This document shows, in pieces, positions 21,734-31,335 of a DNA stretch of 64,000 nt. The notes below the pieces were generated by a model, which was given only the letters and a program-made list of their open reading frames with translations, searched no databases and was not told the DNA's origin. The first letter of the stretch is position 1. Every line of letters starts with the position of its first letter. Position numbers and translations under genes: made by a program. Source of the DNA: an uncultured Pelagibacteraceae bacterium (GTDB lineage: Bacteria; Pseudomonadota; Alphaproteobacteria; Pelagibacterales; AG-422-B15); the NCBI GenBank assembly GCA_902524795.1, contig CABZEU010000002.1:32023-96022 (forward strand). Direction: 5' to 3'.

Positions 21734-22208
21734 AAATTTTAGTAAGTTCGTATTTATTTTTATTATTTTACTTATATTTTACTCAAATGCCGAAGAAATT
21801 AAGATTGCTCCGCTTCTCAATCTTGATGAAATCGAACCATCTTATGATGAAGAGCTCATTTTAAATAATTTAGATAGCCAATTTATTCAAAGTAAGCAAA
21901 AAGATAGTGATAGCAAAAATGCAAATATTGCCTTTGCCCAAATTAGTATATTAAATAAAATCACAACTAATGTGGATACGATCAAGTTGCCTCTCAAAGA
22001 AAATTATCTTTACCAAGAATTAAAAATATATCCTATCGACTGCCATTTAAGTGGGCCTTATGAAAAAAACGAAGTTGGAATATATCTAAATATTCACCAT
22101 AAAGAATCTAAAGAAAAAATATTTAATGGATGGATGCTCAAATCATTACCATCAATTTCATCAATGGAACATCCCATTTATGATATATGGGTCGAAGGTT
22201 GTTTCTAA
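21705..22208 (+). CDS. DUF2155-like exported protein
   Basis: Signal peptide (FVFIFIILLIFYSNA). ...ISILNKITTNVDTIKL... resembles DUF2155, which commonly follows the NDUFA12-like gene in alphaproteobacteria. Start chosen at the ATG pair at 21705. Confidence 0.6.
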   Translation: MMIILNGRHKNFSKFVFIFIILLIFYSNAEEIKIAPLLNLDEIEPSYDEELILNNLDSQFIQSKQKDSDSKNANIAFAQISILNKITTNVDTIKLPLKENYLYQELKIYPIDCHLSGPYEKNEVGIYLNIHHKESKEKIFNGWMLKSLPSISSMEHPIYDIWVEGCF

Positions 22209-22209
22209 G

Positions 22210-23550
22210 TTAAAGTTTATTTATATTTTTTTCAAGCCAATTAATTGGTACAGCTCCCTTTTTAAAATCATCTGAAGAAAGTATTTTTTTATGAAGATCA
22301 ATATTAGTTTCTATTCCATCAATCACAATTTCATTCAGTGACCTAAGCCCCCTTTTTATAGCGTGATTTCTGGTTCTGCCTGTTACAATGAGCTTTGCCA
22401 ACAGGTTGTCATAATAATGCGGTACTTTATATCCAGAATATATAAATGTATCCAGCCTAATACCATTGCCTGCTGGTGGATGATACATTTTAATTGTTCC
22501 AGCAGAAGGCTTGAAATCATTAGAATTCTCCGCGTTTATTCTGCATTCTATTGAGTGACCTAAAGGTTTTATGTTCTCTTGAGATGTGAATATTTTATCA
22601 CCAGTAGCTACACAAATTTGCTCTCTTACTAAATCAATTCTCGTTAACATCTCAGTTATTGGATGTTCAACCTGGAGTCTTGTATTCATTTCCATAAAAT
22701 AGAACTCATTCCCAGCGAATAAAAACTCAAGAGTGCCTAAACCTAGGTAACCCATTTTTGCCATTGCATCTATGCATATTTTGAAAAGTTTGTCTTTTTT
22801 TGCTTGATCTATTTCAGGCGCAAGCGCTTCTTCGATTACTTTTTGGTTTCTTCTTTGAACTGAGCAATCTCTTTCATGCAAGTGAAGAAAATTATTATGG
22901 CTGTCACAAATTATCTGAATTTCAATATGTCTTGGTGAATCAATAAATTTTTCAATGTAAATTGAGTCATTTCCAAAAAAAGATAGCGCTTCTTGTTTTA
23001 TTATAGGTAAAGCATTAGACAACTCTTTTTCGTCATGTACTACCTTCATTCCTCTTCCTCCACCACCAGCACTTGCTTTTAAAAGCACTGGGAATCCAAT
23101 TTTTTTTGAAGTCCTTATGGCATCTTCAAGGTCAACTACTGCTCCATTTGAACCAGGTACTATAGGAACACCGTACTCTTGCATTATTTTTTTTGCTTGT
23201 ATCTTGTCTCCCATCATGCTGATGTGCTTATACTTTGGTCCTATGAATGTTAATTTATGGTCATCAAGCATCTTTGCAAATGATGCATTCTCAGATAAGA
23301 ATCCGTAGCCTGGATGGACGGCCTGTGCGCCAGTAATTTCGCACGCTGATATAATTGCATGAGCATTTAAATAACTTTTGTTTACAGGATTTGGCCCTAT
23401 GCAAACACTTTCATCGGCAATTCTTACATGCATTGAGTCCGCATCAGCTTCACTATGAATAGCTACAGTTGATATGCCAAGTTCTTGACATGCTCTGTTA
23501 ATTCTAACCGCGATTTCACCTCGGTTAGCAATCAATACTTTATCAAACAT
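22210..23550 (-). CDS. accC: acetyl-CoA carboxylase biotin carboxylase subunit
   Basis: 446 aa with MFDKVLIANRGEIA and GGGGRGMKVV ATP-grasp motifs. Confidence 0.95.
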   Translation of the reverse strand: MFDKVLIANRGEIAVRINRACQELGISTVAIHSEADADSMHVRIADESVCIGPNPVNKSYLNAHAIISACEITGAQAVHPGYGFLSENASFAKMLDDHKLTFIGPKYKHISMMGDKIQAKKIMQEYGVPIVPGSNGAVVDLEDAIRTSKKIGFPVLLKASAGGGGRGMKVVHDEKELSNALPIIKQEALSFFGNDSIYIEKFIDSPRHIEIQIICDSHNNFLHLHERDCSVQRRNQKVIEEALAPEIDQAKKDKLFKICIDAMAKMGYLGLGTLEFLFAGNEFYFMEMNTRLQVEHPITEMLTRIDLVREQICVATGDKIFTSQENIKPLGHSIECRINAENSNDFKPSAGTIKMYHPPAGNGIRLDTFIYSGYKVPHYYDNLLAKLIVTGRTRNHAIKRGLRSLNEIVIDGIETNIDLHKKILSSDDFKKGAVPINWLEKNINKL

Positions 23551-23997
23551 TTAACCTATCAGCATTAATGGTTGGCCGAATTCTACTGCCTGCTCATTCT
23601 CAACAAGTATTCTCAAAACCTTTCCTTGCAGTGAGGACTCGATTGGATTCATAGTTTTCATTGCCTCAATAATAAGAAGAGTTTGACCAGACTTAATTTG
23701 GCTACCAATATCAACAAATTTATTTGCTCCTGGCTCAGGTTGAAGATAAACAGTTCCTACCATTGGAGATTTTATTGCTCTTGGATCATTTCTAAAATCG
23801 GTTTCTGTATTTTCAACTTGTTCATTCTTAGTTTCAACTGGCGATGGTAAAATAGTTTGAGTTGCCGCAGCTTTAGAAACTGATACTGAAAAATCACCAT
23901 CTGAATATGAAATTTCGGTAAGATTTAAATCATCTAATATCTTTGCCAAATCTGCTATTGGTTTGACATCAATTTTCTTTTTTGTTTTATTGTTCAT
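23551..23997 (-). CDS. accB: acetyl-CoA carboxylase biotin carboxyl carrier protein
   Basis: 148 aa with the IIEAMKTMNPIES biotinyl-lysine motif, directly upstream of accC. Confidence 0.93.
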   Translation of the reverse strand: MNNKTKKKIDVKPIADLAKILDDLNLTEISYSDGDFSVSVSKAAATQTILPSPVETKNEQVENTETDFRNDPRAIKSPMVGTVYLQPEPGANKFVDIGSQIKSGQTLLIIEAMKTMNPIESSLQGKVLRILVENEQAVEFGQPLMLIG

Positions 23998-24010
23998 ATT
24001 ATAATTATAT

Positions 24011-24448
24011 CTATATTAATTTATTCATGCCATCAACAGCAAGTAAGTAACTATTGGATCCAAATCCACATATCACCCCATTTACTCCCTTGCTTATAAA
24101 AGAGTGATGTCTAAAGTCCTCACGTGTGAATAAATTCGTTAGATGTATTTCAATTTTTGGAATCTCAATTGCAAGTAAAGCATCTAATAAAGCAACTGAA
24201 GTATGAGAAAAGCCTGCGGCATTTATTATAAGTCCATCGCTATTTTGATTTGAATTTTGCACACAATCAACAATTTCACCTTCTGAATTTGATTGAAAAA
24301 ATGATGTCTCAATATCATATTTTTTCTGTTCTATGTGAAAATTAATTAATTTATGTATATCATCTAGTGTTTCAGAGCCGTAGATCTCAGGTTCACGCTT
24401 TCCAAGTAAATTTAAATTTGGACCATCAATAAATATGATTTTTTTCAT
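24011..24448 (-). CDS. aroQ: type II 3-dehydroquinate dehydratase
   Basis: MKKIIFIDGPNLNLLGKREPEIYG is the canonical AroQ N-terminus. The track start 24463 adds 5 aa. Confidence 0.9.
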   Translation of the reverse strand: MKKIIFIDGPNLNLLGKREPEIYGSETLDDIHKLINFHIEQKKYDIETSFFQSNSEGEIVDCVQNSNQNSDGLIINAAGFSHTSVALLDALLAIEIPKIEIHLTNLFTREDFRHHSFISKGVNGVICGFGSNSYLLAVDGMNKLI

Positions 24449-24466
24449 CCTAACAATATACATTAT

Positions 24467-25807
24467 TTAATTTGTATTTGTAGAAACTTCTTTTTTTAAT
24501 ATTTCAATTAAATCGTACGTTCGGTACCATTCTGGAGTATTTTTTTTCACTCCTTTTATTGCCTTTAAAGCAAAATCGAAAGAAAGACTTCTTTCGCCAA
24601 TTAAAAAATAACGTTCTGCTGTTGCATAATTAGCGAGCGAGATTTCGTCAATTTGTGCATAAGCTCTCGCAAGTAAGTACCATGAATAGGCATTCATACG
24701 ATTCAATTGTACTGATTTTTTTAAATAATAAATGCTATCTTTAATCTTCTCCTTTTTTTCACTCGATAACAAATAGTTTCCGAGCATCATCGTATACAAG
24801 TCATTTTCAAAACCTAAATGATTAATAGCATTTCTCTGAAAATAAATCGCTTCCTCATAGTCTTGCTTTGCAAAATATATCTCACTCATAATTTCTTTGA
24901 AGAATGGACTAATATTATTTTTTTTAATTAATATCTCTAAATATTCAATTGCTTTGTCATGCTCTCCATTTAAATAACTTGATACTGCATTTGCGTAAAG
25001 ACCTTGATCATTATTTAAATTATATACCGCTTTAGTTTCATTGTATGAGTGAGTAAAGCCAAAAAGTTTGGCTTTAATCAGATTAAATCTTATTTCCAAT
25101 TCCTTATCTATTTCATGATTACACTTTTCATTACTACTTAATGCTAGTTGTATCCAATTAACTCTATCTTGAGGAAGAGGATGTGTTGCTCTATAATTTT
25201 GAGATTTTGATTGAGTATTTGAACCGACTGACTCAAGTTTTTTAAGAAAATTAGAGAGATAAGATGCATCAATCATATTATTACATAATATTGAAACTGC
25301 TTTCTGATCGGCTGCAGCTTCTTGCGTTCTGGAATAATATGTAAAAGTATCAGAAACTGCAGCTTGCCCTACCATCACTCCTGCAAAGCCGGCTTCCGCT
25401 GCTCCGGTAATGAGACTTAAGATCCCCAGCAAATATATTGGCATAGCTTTACTCGAAATATTTGATAGTTCTTCTGATGTTCTAAAAATATGCCCACCGA
25501 TTATATGTGCAAGTTCGTGAGCAATTACAGCGGCGAATTCTCTATAGTCCTCTGCTTCAATTATTAATTCAGTGTTGATAAAAATATTTTTACCCCCAGT
25601 AACAAACGCGTTCACTTGTTTACTGTTTATAAAATAAACATTTATATCTTTAGCCTCAATATCATTGTCAGTAAGTAATAATTTTAAAATATCATTTGTG
25701 AACTCCTCAATTTCAGTATCCCTGATAACTTCAAAAGCTTTTATGGAACTTGAAAAAGCAAAAAAAAATAGAATATTTAAAAAAAATAGAGCTTTTACTC
25801 TATTCAC
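24467..25807 (-). CDS. periplasmic M48 metalloprotease with TPR region (BepA-like)
   Basis: Signal peptide, HELAHIIGGH zinc motif and a TPR-like C-terminal half. A GTG start at 25807 gives a GTGA overlap with the rne stop (track TTG start is 25819). Confidence 0.75.
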   Translation of the reverse strand: MNRVKALFFLNILFFFAFSSSIKAFEVIRDTEIEEFTNDILKLLLTDNDIEAKDINVYFINSKQVNAFVTGGKNIFINTELIIEAEDYREFAAVIAHELAHIIGGHIFRTSEELSNISSKAMPIYLLGILSLITGAAEAGFAGVMVGQAAVSDTFTYYSRTQEAAADQKAVSILCNNMIDASYLSNFLKKLESVGSNTQSKSQNYRATHPLPQDRVNWIQLALSSNEKCNHEIDKELEIRFNLIKAKLFGFTHSYNETKAVYNLNNDQGLYANAVSSYLNGEHDKAIEYLEILIKKNNISPFFKEIMSEIYFAKQDYEEAIYFQRNAINHLGFENDLYTMMLGNYLLSSEKKEKIKDSIYYLKKSVQLNRMNAYSWYLLARAYAQIDEISLANYATAERYFLIGERSLSFDFALKAIKGVKKNTPEWYRTYDLIEILKKEVSTNTN

Positions 25808-27628
25808 TTCTGCCACCAACCTGATTTCTTATCTTTTATTTCTTTAATGGGAGATATATCTTGATTTTCTGAGGTTTTTTTTGTTTTGTTTTTCTTCATG
25901 GTCGAAGTTTTTTTCTTTGTAGAAGGAATTTTCTTTTTTGAAATTTTTTTCTTAACTTCTTTATCTTGCTTCTTAATATTTTTAGTTTCGTCTATGTAAT
26001 AAATTTCTGAAATGTCTATATTTATATCTTCAACAAATGTTATTTTAACTTTTGAAACATCTTCAATTTTCTTTATTTCATCTTTAAAGTTATCAGTTAA
26101 ATATTTTATCATGAACGGATTTATATTTATTGATAAGGTCTTAAACTTTTTATTGTTTATTTTCTCCTTAACTAAATATAGTAATTTTAGCGCACATGAA
26201 TGTTGGCTTAGCTCAGTTCTCCATTCAATAAAACTTTGTCTTAACCTCTGCCTTGACATTTCTAGAAGCCCGAATTGACTAATTCTTGAAACTTGGGTTC
26301 TAGCTCTATCTTTTCTTACCAGTTCCTTCATTTTCTTCTCTACTTGTCGATTATTCCGGATCTCATACATATCAATGAAATCAATGACGATAAGTCCTGA
26401 TAAATCGCGTATTTTTATTTGTTTAGCAATTTCAATAGCCGCCTCTAGATTGGTTTTCAAAGCAGTCTTTTCTATGTTCCTTTCTTTTGTTGCTCCACCT
26501 GAATTAACATCAATTGCAACTAACGCTTCGGTGGGATTTATTACCAGGTACCCCCCCCGATCTTAGCTTAACTTCTGGGTTAAACATTTTTATAATTTCG
26601 TTTTCAACCTTATATTTGCTGAATATCGGTTCTTTATTTTTATATTGTTTTACGAATTTAGCACATGAAGGTAGGAGTTGTGACATGTATTTTTTTGTTT
26701 CCTTATAAGATTCCTTTCCCTCAACTAAAATATCTTTCATCTCTTTTGTATACACATCTCGAAGTACTCTTCTCAATAAATTTCCTTCTTCATGTATTAA
26801 AGCAGGAGCAATAGCTTTTTTTGTTTCTGTAACAATTTCAACCCATAGTTTATTAAGTGTAGAGTAATCTTTTTTAATTTCATTTTTAGTCTTATTTAAT
26901 CCTGCTGTTCTTATAATTAAGCCCATTTCCAATGGCACGTTCAATTCATCAATTATTTGTTTTAACTTATTTCTATCTTCAGAAGTAGAAATCTTTCTTG
27001 AGATCCCCTTTGTTTTCGTTGAATTTGGCATCAGAACAGTATATTTTCCTGCCAACGAAATGTATGAAGTAAGAGCGGCCCCCTTGTTACCTCTTTCTTC
27101 CTTAACTACTTGAATAAGTATTAGTTGACCAGTCTTAATTACCTCTTGAATTTTATATGATCTATAGAGCTTTCTTTTTAAATTTACACTTGATTTATAT
27201 TTTCTATTCTTTGTAATTTCTTCATTGTAAGTTGAGCCACTATCTTGATCAGTTTCTGTTGCAGTGATATTTTCATTATTTTTAACTTCTATTACACCTT
27301 CATTGCTTTCAATATTATCTTCATTATTGAGATCTTCCTCAATATTAGCCTCTGCTTCAATTAGTGCTTCTCTGTCCGCTACAGGGATCTGAAAATAATT
27401 TGGATGAATTTCTCCAAATGCTAGAAAGCCATTTTTATCTGAACCAATATCAATGAAAGCTGCCTGAAGAGAAGCCTCAATCCTAGAGACTTTGCCTAAA
27501 TAAATGTTTCCTTTTAAATTTTTTTTGGACGTAGATTCAAATTCAAAATCTTCAAGCCCATTTTCAGATAATAAAGCAACCTGTGTTTGACTATCTCTTG
27601 AGCCGTCAATAAGTAATTTTTGAGACAT
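25804..27628 (-). pseudogene. rne: ribonuclease E/G family endoribonuclease, frame interrupted as sequenced by 1 extra G in a G8 run (likely sequencing artefact)
   Basis: ORF 26510..27628 has the S1 domain (GNIYLGKVSRIEASLQAAFIDIG). ORF 25804..26460 has ...LIVIDFIDM... and a Lys-rich tail. Removing one base from C8 at 26551..26558 reads [41 protein letters not shown], a canonical RNase E core. Confidence 0.88.
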
Positions 27629-27845
27629 CTATAGAAACCTTTCAATGATATGACTATGTTAAATAGTCGAGAATATTTTTTTTGTAATATGTATTTGTGT
27701 GTCATTATAAATATGTAAGTGTATGATTTATTGATATATTTTTAACTGTAAAAATCAATATATATTTTATTAATATAAAGTTACCTGTATATTTTACTGT
27801 ATAGCCAAACGAATGCCATAATTATATTAATATTAATAACTCATT

Positions 27846-30242
27846 ATGAATCGCATTTTTGTCAGGATAAATTACATTTTTTATTCTCTATTAGCAGCAA
27901 TCTTCTGCCTTTTTGTAGTAATAGTTTACTTTTCGTTTCAGCTTCCTGATGATTCTAATTTGAAAAGTTACAAACCAGATGTAATGACACGTATCCATGA
28001 TTCTAACGGCCAATTAGTGAAAGAATTTTCGAGAGAATATAGAATATTTATTCCAATAGAAAATATTCCAGACAGCCTAAAGAATGCATTTATTTCTGCT
28101 GAGGATAAAAATTTTTATAATCACATTGGAATTGATCCTACAGGAATATTAAGAGCAATAATTAGAAATACTTATTATTTTTTTTCAGATAAAAGACCTG
28201 AGGGAGCATCTACTATTACACAACAAGTTGCAAAAAATTTTTTATTGAATGATGAACTGTCACTTAGTAGAAAAGTAAAAGAAGCATTATTGGCAATCAA
28301 AATTGATGCAACTTTATCTAAATCAAGAATATTAGAACTTTACTTAAATCAAATTTATTTAGGCTATGGAACATATGGAGTAGCTGCGGCTTCGAATAGA
28401 TACTTTAAAAAATCATTAGAAGAATTGGATTTATCTGAAGTTTCTTTTCTTGCAGCCCTTCCTAAAGCACCAAGTAGATACAACCCTAAAAAAAATTATA
28501 AAAAATCTTTTGATAGAAGAAACTGGGTACTAAAGAGAATGTATATAAATAAGCATATAACTGAGGAGGAGTATAAGACTTCCATCAAAAAAAATATTGA
28601 AATAGCTACTAATAAAAAGAAACCTATTTTTTCATCTGACTATTATTTAGAAGAAATTAGAAAACAAATAATAAAATCATATGGTGAGGATTTTCTATAT
28701 GCAGGAGGTCTTTCTGTTAGAACATCCCTTGATACATCAACTCAAAGTATAGCTGACCTAGCATTGAAATCTGGTCTCTTAGAATATGATAAGAGAAATG
28801 GATATAGAGGCGTAATTGGCAATAAAGCAAATAAGAGTTGGTTCAATGAGCACATTGGAAAAGACCAGCCGCATAATTTCTATTTAGCAAAGGTTATTAA
28901 ACTTGATGAATTGAAAGGTATGGTTGAAATTGAAGTATTAAGAGGCAAAGATGTCATTGAAGGACAATTATTAAATTTTTCTTGGGCAAGAAAGAGTCTT
29001 GGAAATGGCTATCTTGGGCCAAAAATAAATACAGCGGATGAGGTATTTAGGCAGAATGACGTTATTCATGTATCTCATAATAAAGACAATTTTTATAACT
29101 TAGAACAAATTCCTAAAATTAATGGCGCAATTATCGTTATGGATCCTTACACAGGAAGAGTTTTTGCGCTGTCAGGTGGATTTGATTTTAATGAAAGTAA
29201 TTTTAATAGGGTATATCAGGCAAAGAGACAGCCAGGCTCATCTTTCAAACCATTTGTGTACATGGCAGCCCTTGAAAATGGGTTACAGCCAAACAGTTTG
29301 ATACTAGACGCACCATTTGTTTTAGATCAAGGAAAAGGACGCGCTAAGTGGAAGCCAGAGAATTATGGAAAGAAATTTTATGGGCCTTCAACATTAAGAA
29401 AGGGAATTGAAAATTCAAGAAATTTAATGACAATAAGAATAGCGCAATATCTCGGCATGGATCAAGTAGCGGAATTAGCTGAGAGAACTAACATAATGGA
29501 TAATATGCCCTCAGTGCTGTCAATGGCGCTTGGTGCAGGAGAAACATCTTTATTTAAACTTACAACTGCATACGCTTCATTTGTAAATGGTGGAAAGAAA
29601 ATTCAGGGCACTTTAATAGATAGAATACAAGACCGTAGAGGAAAAAATATTTTTGTTAATGATCAAGCTTTATGTAGTAATTGCAGTATGCCATATATAG
29701 AGGAAATGCCTGAACCCAATATAATTAACAAATCTAAAATCATTTTTGATGAGCAAAAAGCCTATCAAATGGTCTCAATTTTAAAAGGAGCAGTAGATAG
29801 GGGAACAGGAAGAAAAACTAAGATTGAAGGCATTGAAATAGCTGGGAAAACTGGTACCACTAACAATAATACAGATGCATGGTTCATTGGCTTTACATCT
29901 GATGTCATTGTTGGCGTTTATACAGGTTATGATAAACCCGAATCATTGGGAAAGAGAGAAACTGGCTCTTCAGTGGCAGTTCCAATTTTTAAGTCTTTTA
30001 TTAATGGTTACTATGAAGACAATAAAGCCCTTCCATTCATAATACCAGCGGGCATAGAACTAATAAAAATTGATTATGATACTGGAAAAATATCAAATAA
30101 AGTAAATGACGCTAAAACAATATATGAAGCATTTGGAAAAAGTGATAATCTATCTAATTTAAAGGAAACGCTAGTAGGTTCAGAAGGATTTCAAATTATT
30201 GAGATTGAGGAAAGTGAAGAAAACGAATTTTTGATTTATTAA
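27846..30242 (+). CDS. mrcA: penicillin-binding protein 1A (bifunctional transglycosylase/transpeptidase)
   Basis: 798 aa with an N-terminal TM anchor, SAEDKNFYNH (GT51), and SSFKP and KTGTT (transpeptidase). Confidence 0.92.
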   Translation: MNRIFVRINYIFYSLLAAIFCLFVVIVYFSFQLPDDSNLKSYKPDVMTRIHDSNGQLVKEFSREYRIFIPIENIPDSLKNAFISAEDKNFYNHIGIDPTGILRAIIRNTYYFFSDKRPEGASTITQQVAKNFLLNDELSLSRKVKEALLAIKIDATLSKSRILELYLNQIYLGYGTYGVAAASNRYFKKSLEELDLSEVSFLAALPKAPSRYNPKKNYKKSFDRRNWVLKRMYINKHITEEEYKTSIKKNIEIATNKKKPIFSSDYYLEEIRKQIIKSYGEDFLYAGGLSVRTSLDTSTQSIADLALKSGLLEYDKRNGYRGVIGNKANKSWFNEHIGKDQPHNFYLAKVIKLDELKGMVEIEVLRGKDVIEGQLLNFSWARKSLGNGYLGPKINTADEVFRQNDVIHVSHNKDNFYNLEQIPKINGAIIVMDPYTGRVFALSGGFDFNESNFNRVYQAKRQPGSSFKPFVYMAALENGLQPNSLILDAPFVLDQGKGRAKWKPENYGKKFYGPSTLRKGIENSRNLMTIRIAQYLGMDQVAELAERTNIMDNMPSVLSMALGAGETSLFKLTTAYASFVNGGKKIQGTLIDRIQDRRGKNIFVNDQALCSNCSMPYIEEMPEPNIINKSKIIFDEQKAYQMVSILKGAVDRGTGRKTKIEGIEIAGKTGTTNNNTDAWFIGFTSDVIVGVYTGYDKPESLGKRETGSSVAVPIFKSFINGYYEDNKALPFIIPAGIELIKIDYDTGKISNKVNDAKTIYEAFGKSDNLSNLKETLVGSEGFQIIEIEESEENEFLIY

Positions 30243-30244
30243 TA

Positions 30245-31331
30245 ATGGATATTGAATTTACAAACTTAATCGCACTGGCAAATAAAAAATTAGATTTTAT
30301 TCGGAGCCATCTTTGACACTGATGAAATATCAAAACAATTAGCCAGCCTCAGAAATAAAGCGGAAGATCAAGATTTTTGGTCTGATCCTGATGAAGCAAA
30401 AATAGTTATGATGAATATCAGCGAAAATGAAAACAAGATCAATCTTATAAGCATTTTTGAAAACAAAATATCCGAGGTAAGTGATTATTATAATCTCGCG
30501 AAGGAAGAGTCTGACCAAGCAATGATTAAAGAATGTCTTACTTCAATAACTTCTATTGTATCTGAACTAAAAGAAAATGAATTTAAATTACAATTTAATG
30601 GTGAGGCTGATGGTAAAAGTTGTTATTTAGAAATACATGCCGGCGCAGGTGGCACAGAGAGTCAAGATTGGGCGCAAATGCTTCTAAGAATGTATATGAG
30701 ATGGGCTGAAAAGAAAAAATTTAAATTTAAACTAATGTACGAGTCTTTAGGTGATGAAGCTGGGATTAAATCATGTACTGCATTAATAGAAGGTAGCTTT
30801 GCTTTTGGATATCTTAAAAGGGAATCAGGTATTCACCGCCTTGTCAGAATATCTCCTTTTGACTCAAACTCCAGAAGGCATACAAGTTTTTCAAGTGTTT
30901 GGATTTCCCCTTTTGTTGATGAAACTATTGAAGTTCACCTATTAGATAAAGATATGAGAATTGATACATTTAGAGCTTCAGGAGCAGGCGGTCAACATGT
31001 CAACACAACAGACAGTGCAATAAGAATTACTCATATTCCCACTGGAATAGTTGTTCAATGTCAAAATGAGAGATCGCAACACAAAAACAAGGCGACTGCT
31101 ATAAATTTATTAAAATCAAAATTGTATGAAATAGAAGTTCAAAAAATGGATGATGAACGTAAAGCTAAAGAAGATAAAAAGTCTGAAATTGGATGGGGAA
31201 ATCAAATAAGATCTTATGTCCTGCATCCATATCGAATGGTCAAAGACTTAAGAAGCAATTATGAAGTATCTGATCCAGAGGCTGTATTAGATGGGGACAT
31301 AGACGAACTAATATTTTCCAATTTAAAATGA
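30245..31331 (+). CDS. prfB: peptide chain release factor 2, requires programmed +1 frameshift (30245..30313 joined to 30315..31331)
   Basis: Short ORF0 MDIEFTNLIALANKKLDFIRSHL ends in CTT TGA C. The +1 frame continues DTDEISKQLASL... into the track ORF, which carries SPF (RISPFDS) and GGQ (SGAGGQHV). Confidence 0.93.
30303..30317 (+). promoter_or_regulatory. prfB programmed +1 ribosomal frameshift site (internal SD-like GGAG, slippery CTT, in-frame TGA followed by C)
   Basis: GGAGCCATCTTTGAC. CTT is at 30311..30313, TGA at 30314..30316 and C at 30317. It mirrors the E. coli CUU UGA C autoregulatory site. Confidence 0.9.
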
Positions 31332-31335
31332 AACA

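Noticed and set aside
27738-27755. Perfect 7-bp hairpin ATTTTTA-ACTG-TAAAAAT in the rne/mrcA divergent spacer.
   Set aside because: The stem is entirely A/T and therefore of very low stability. Such palindromes are expected by chance at this base composition.
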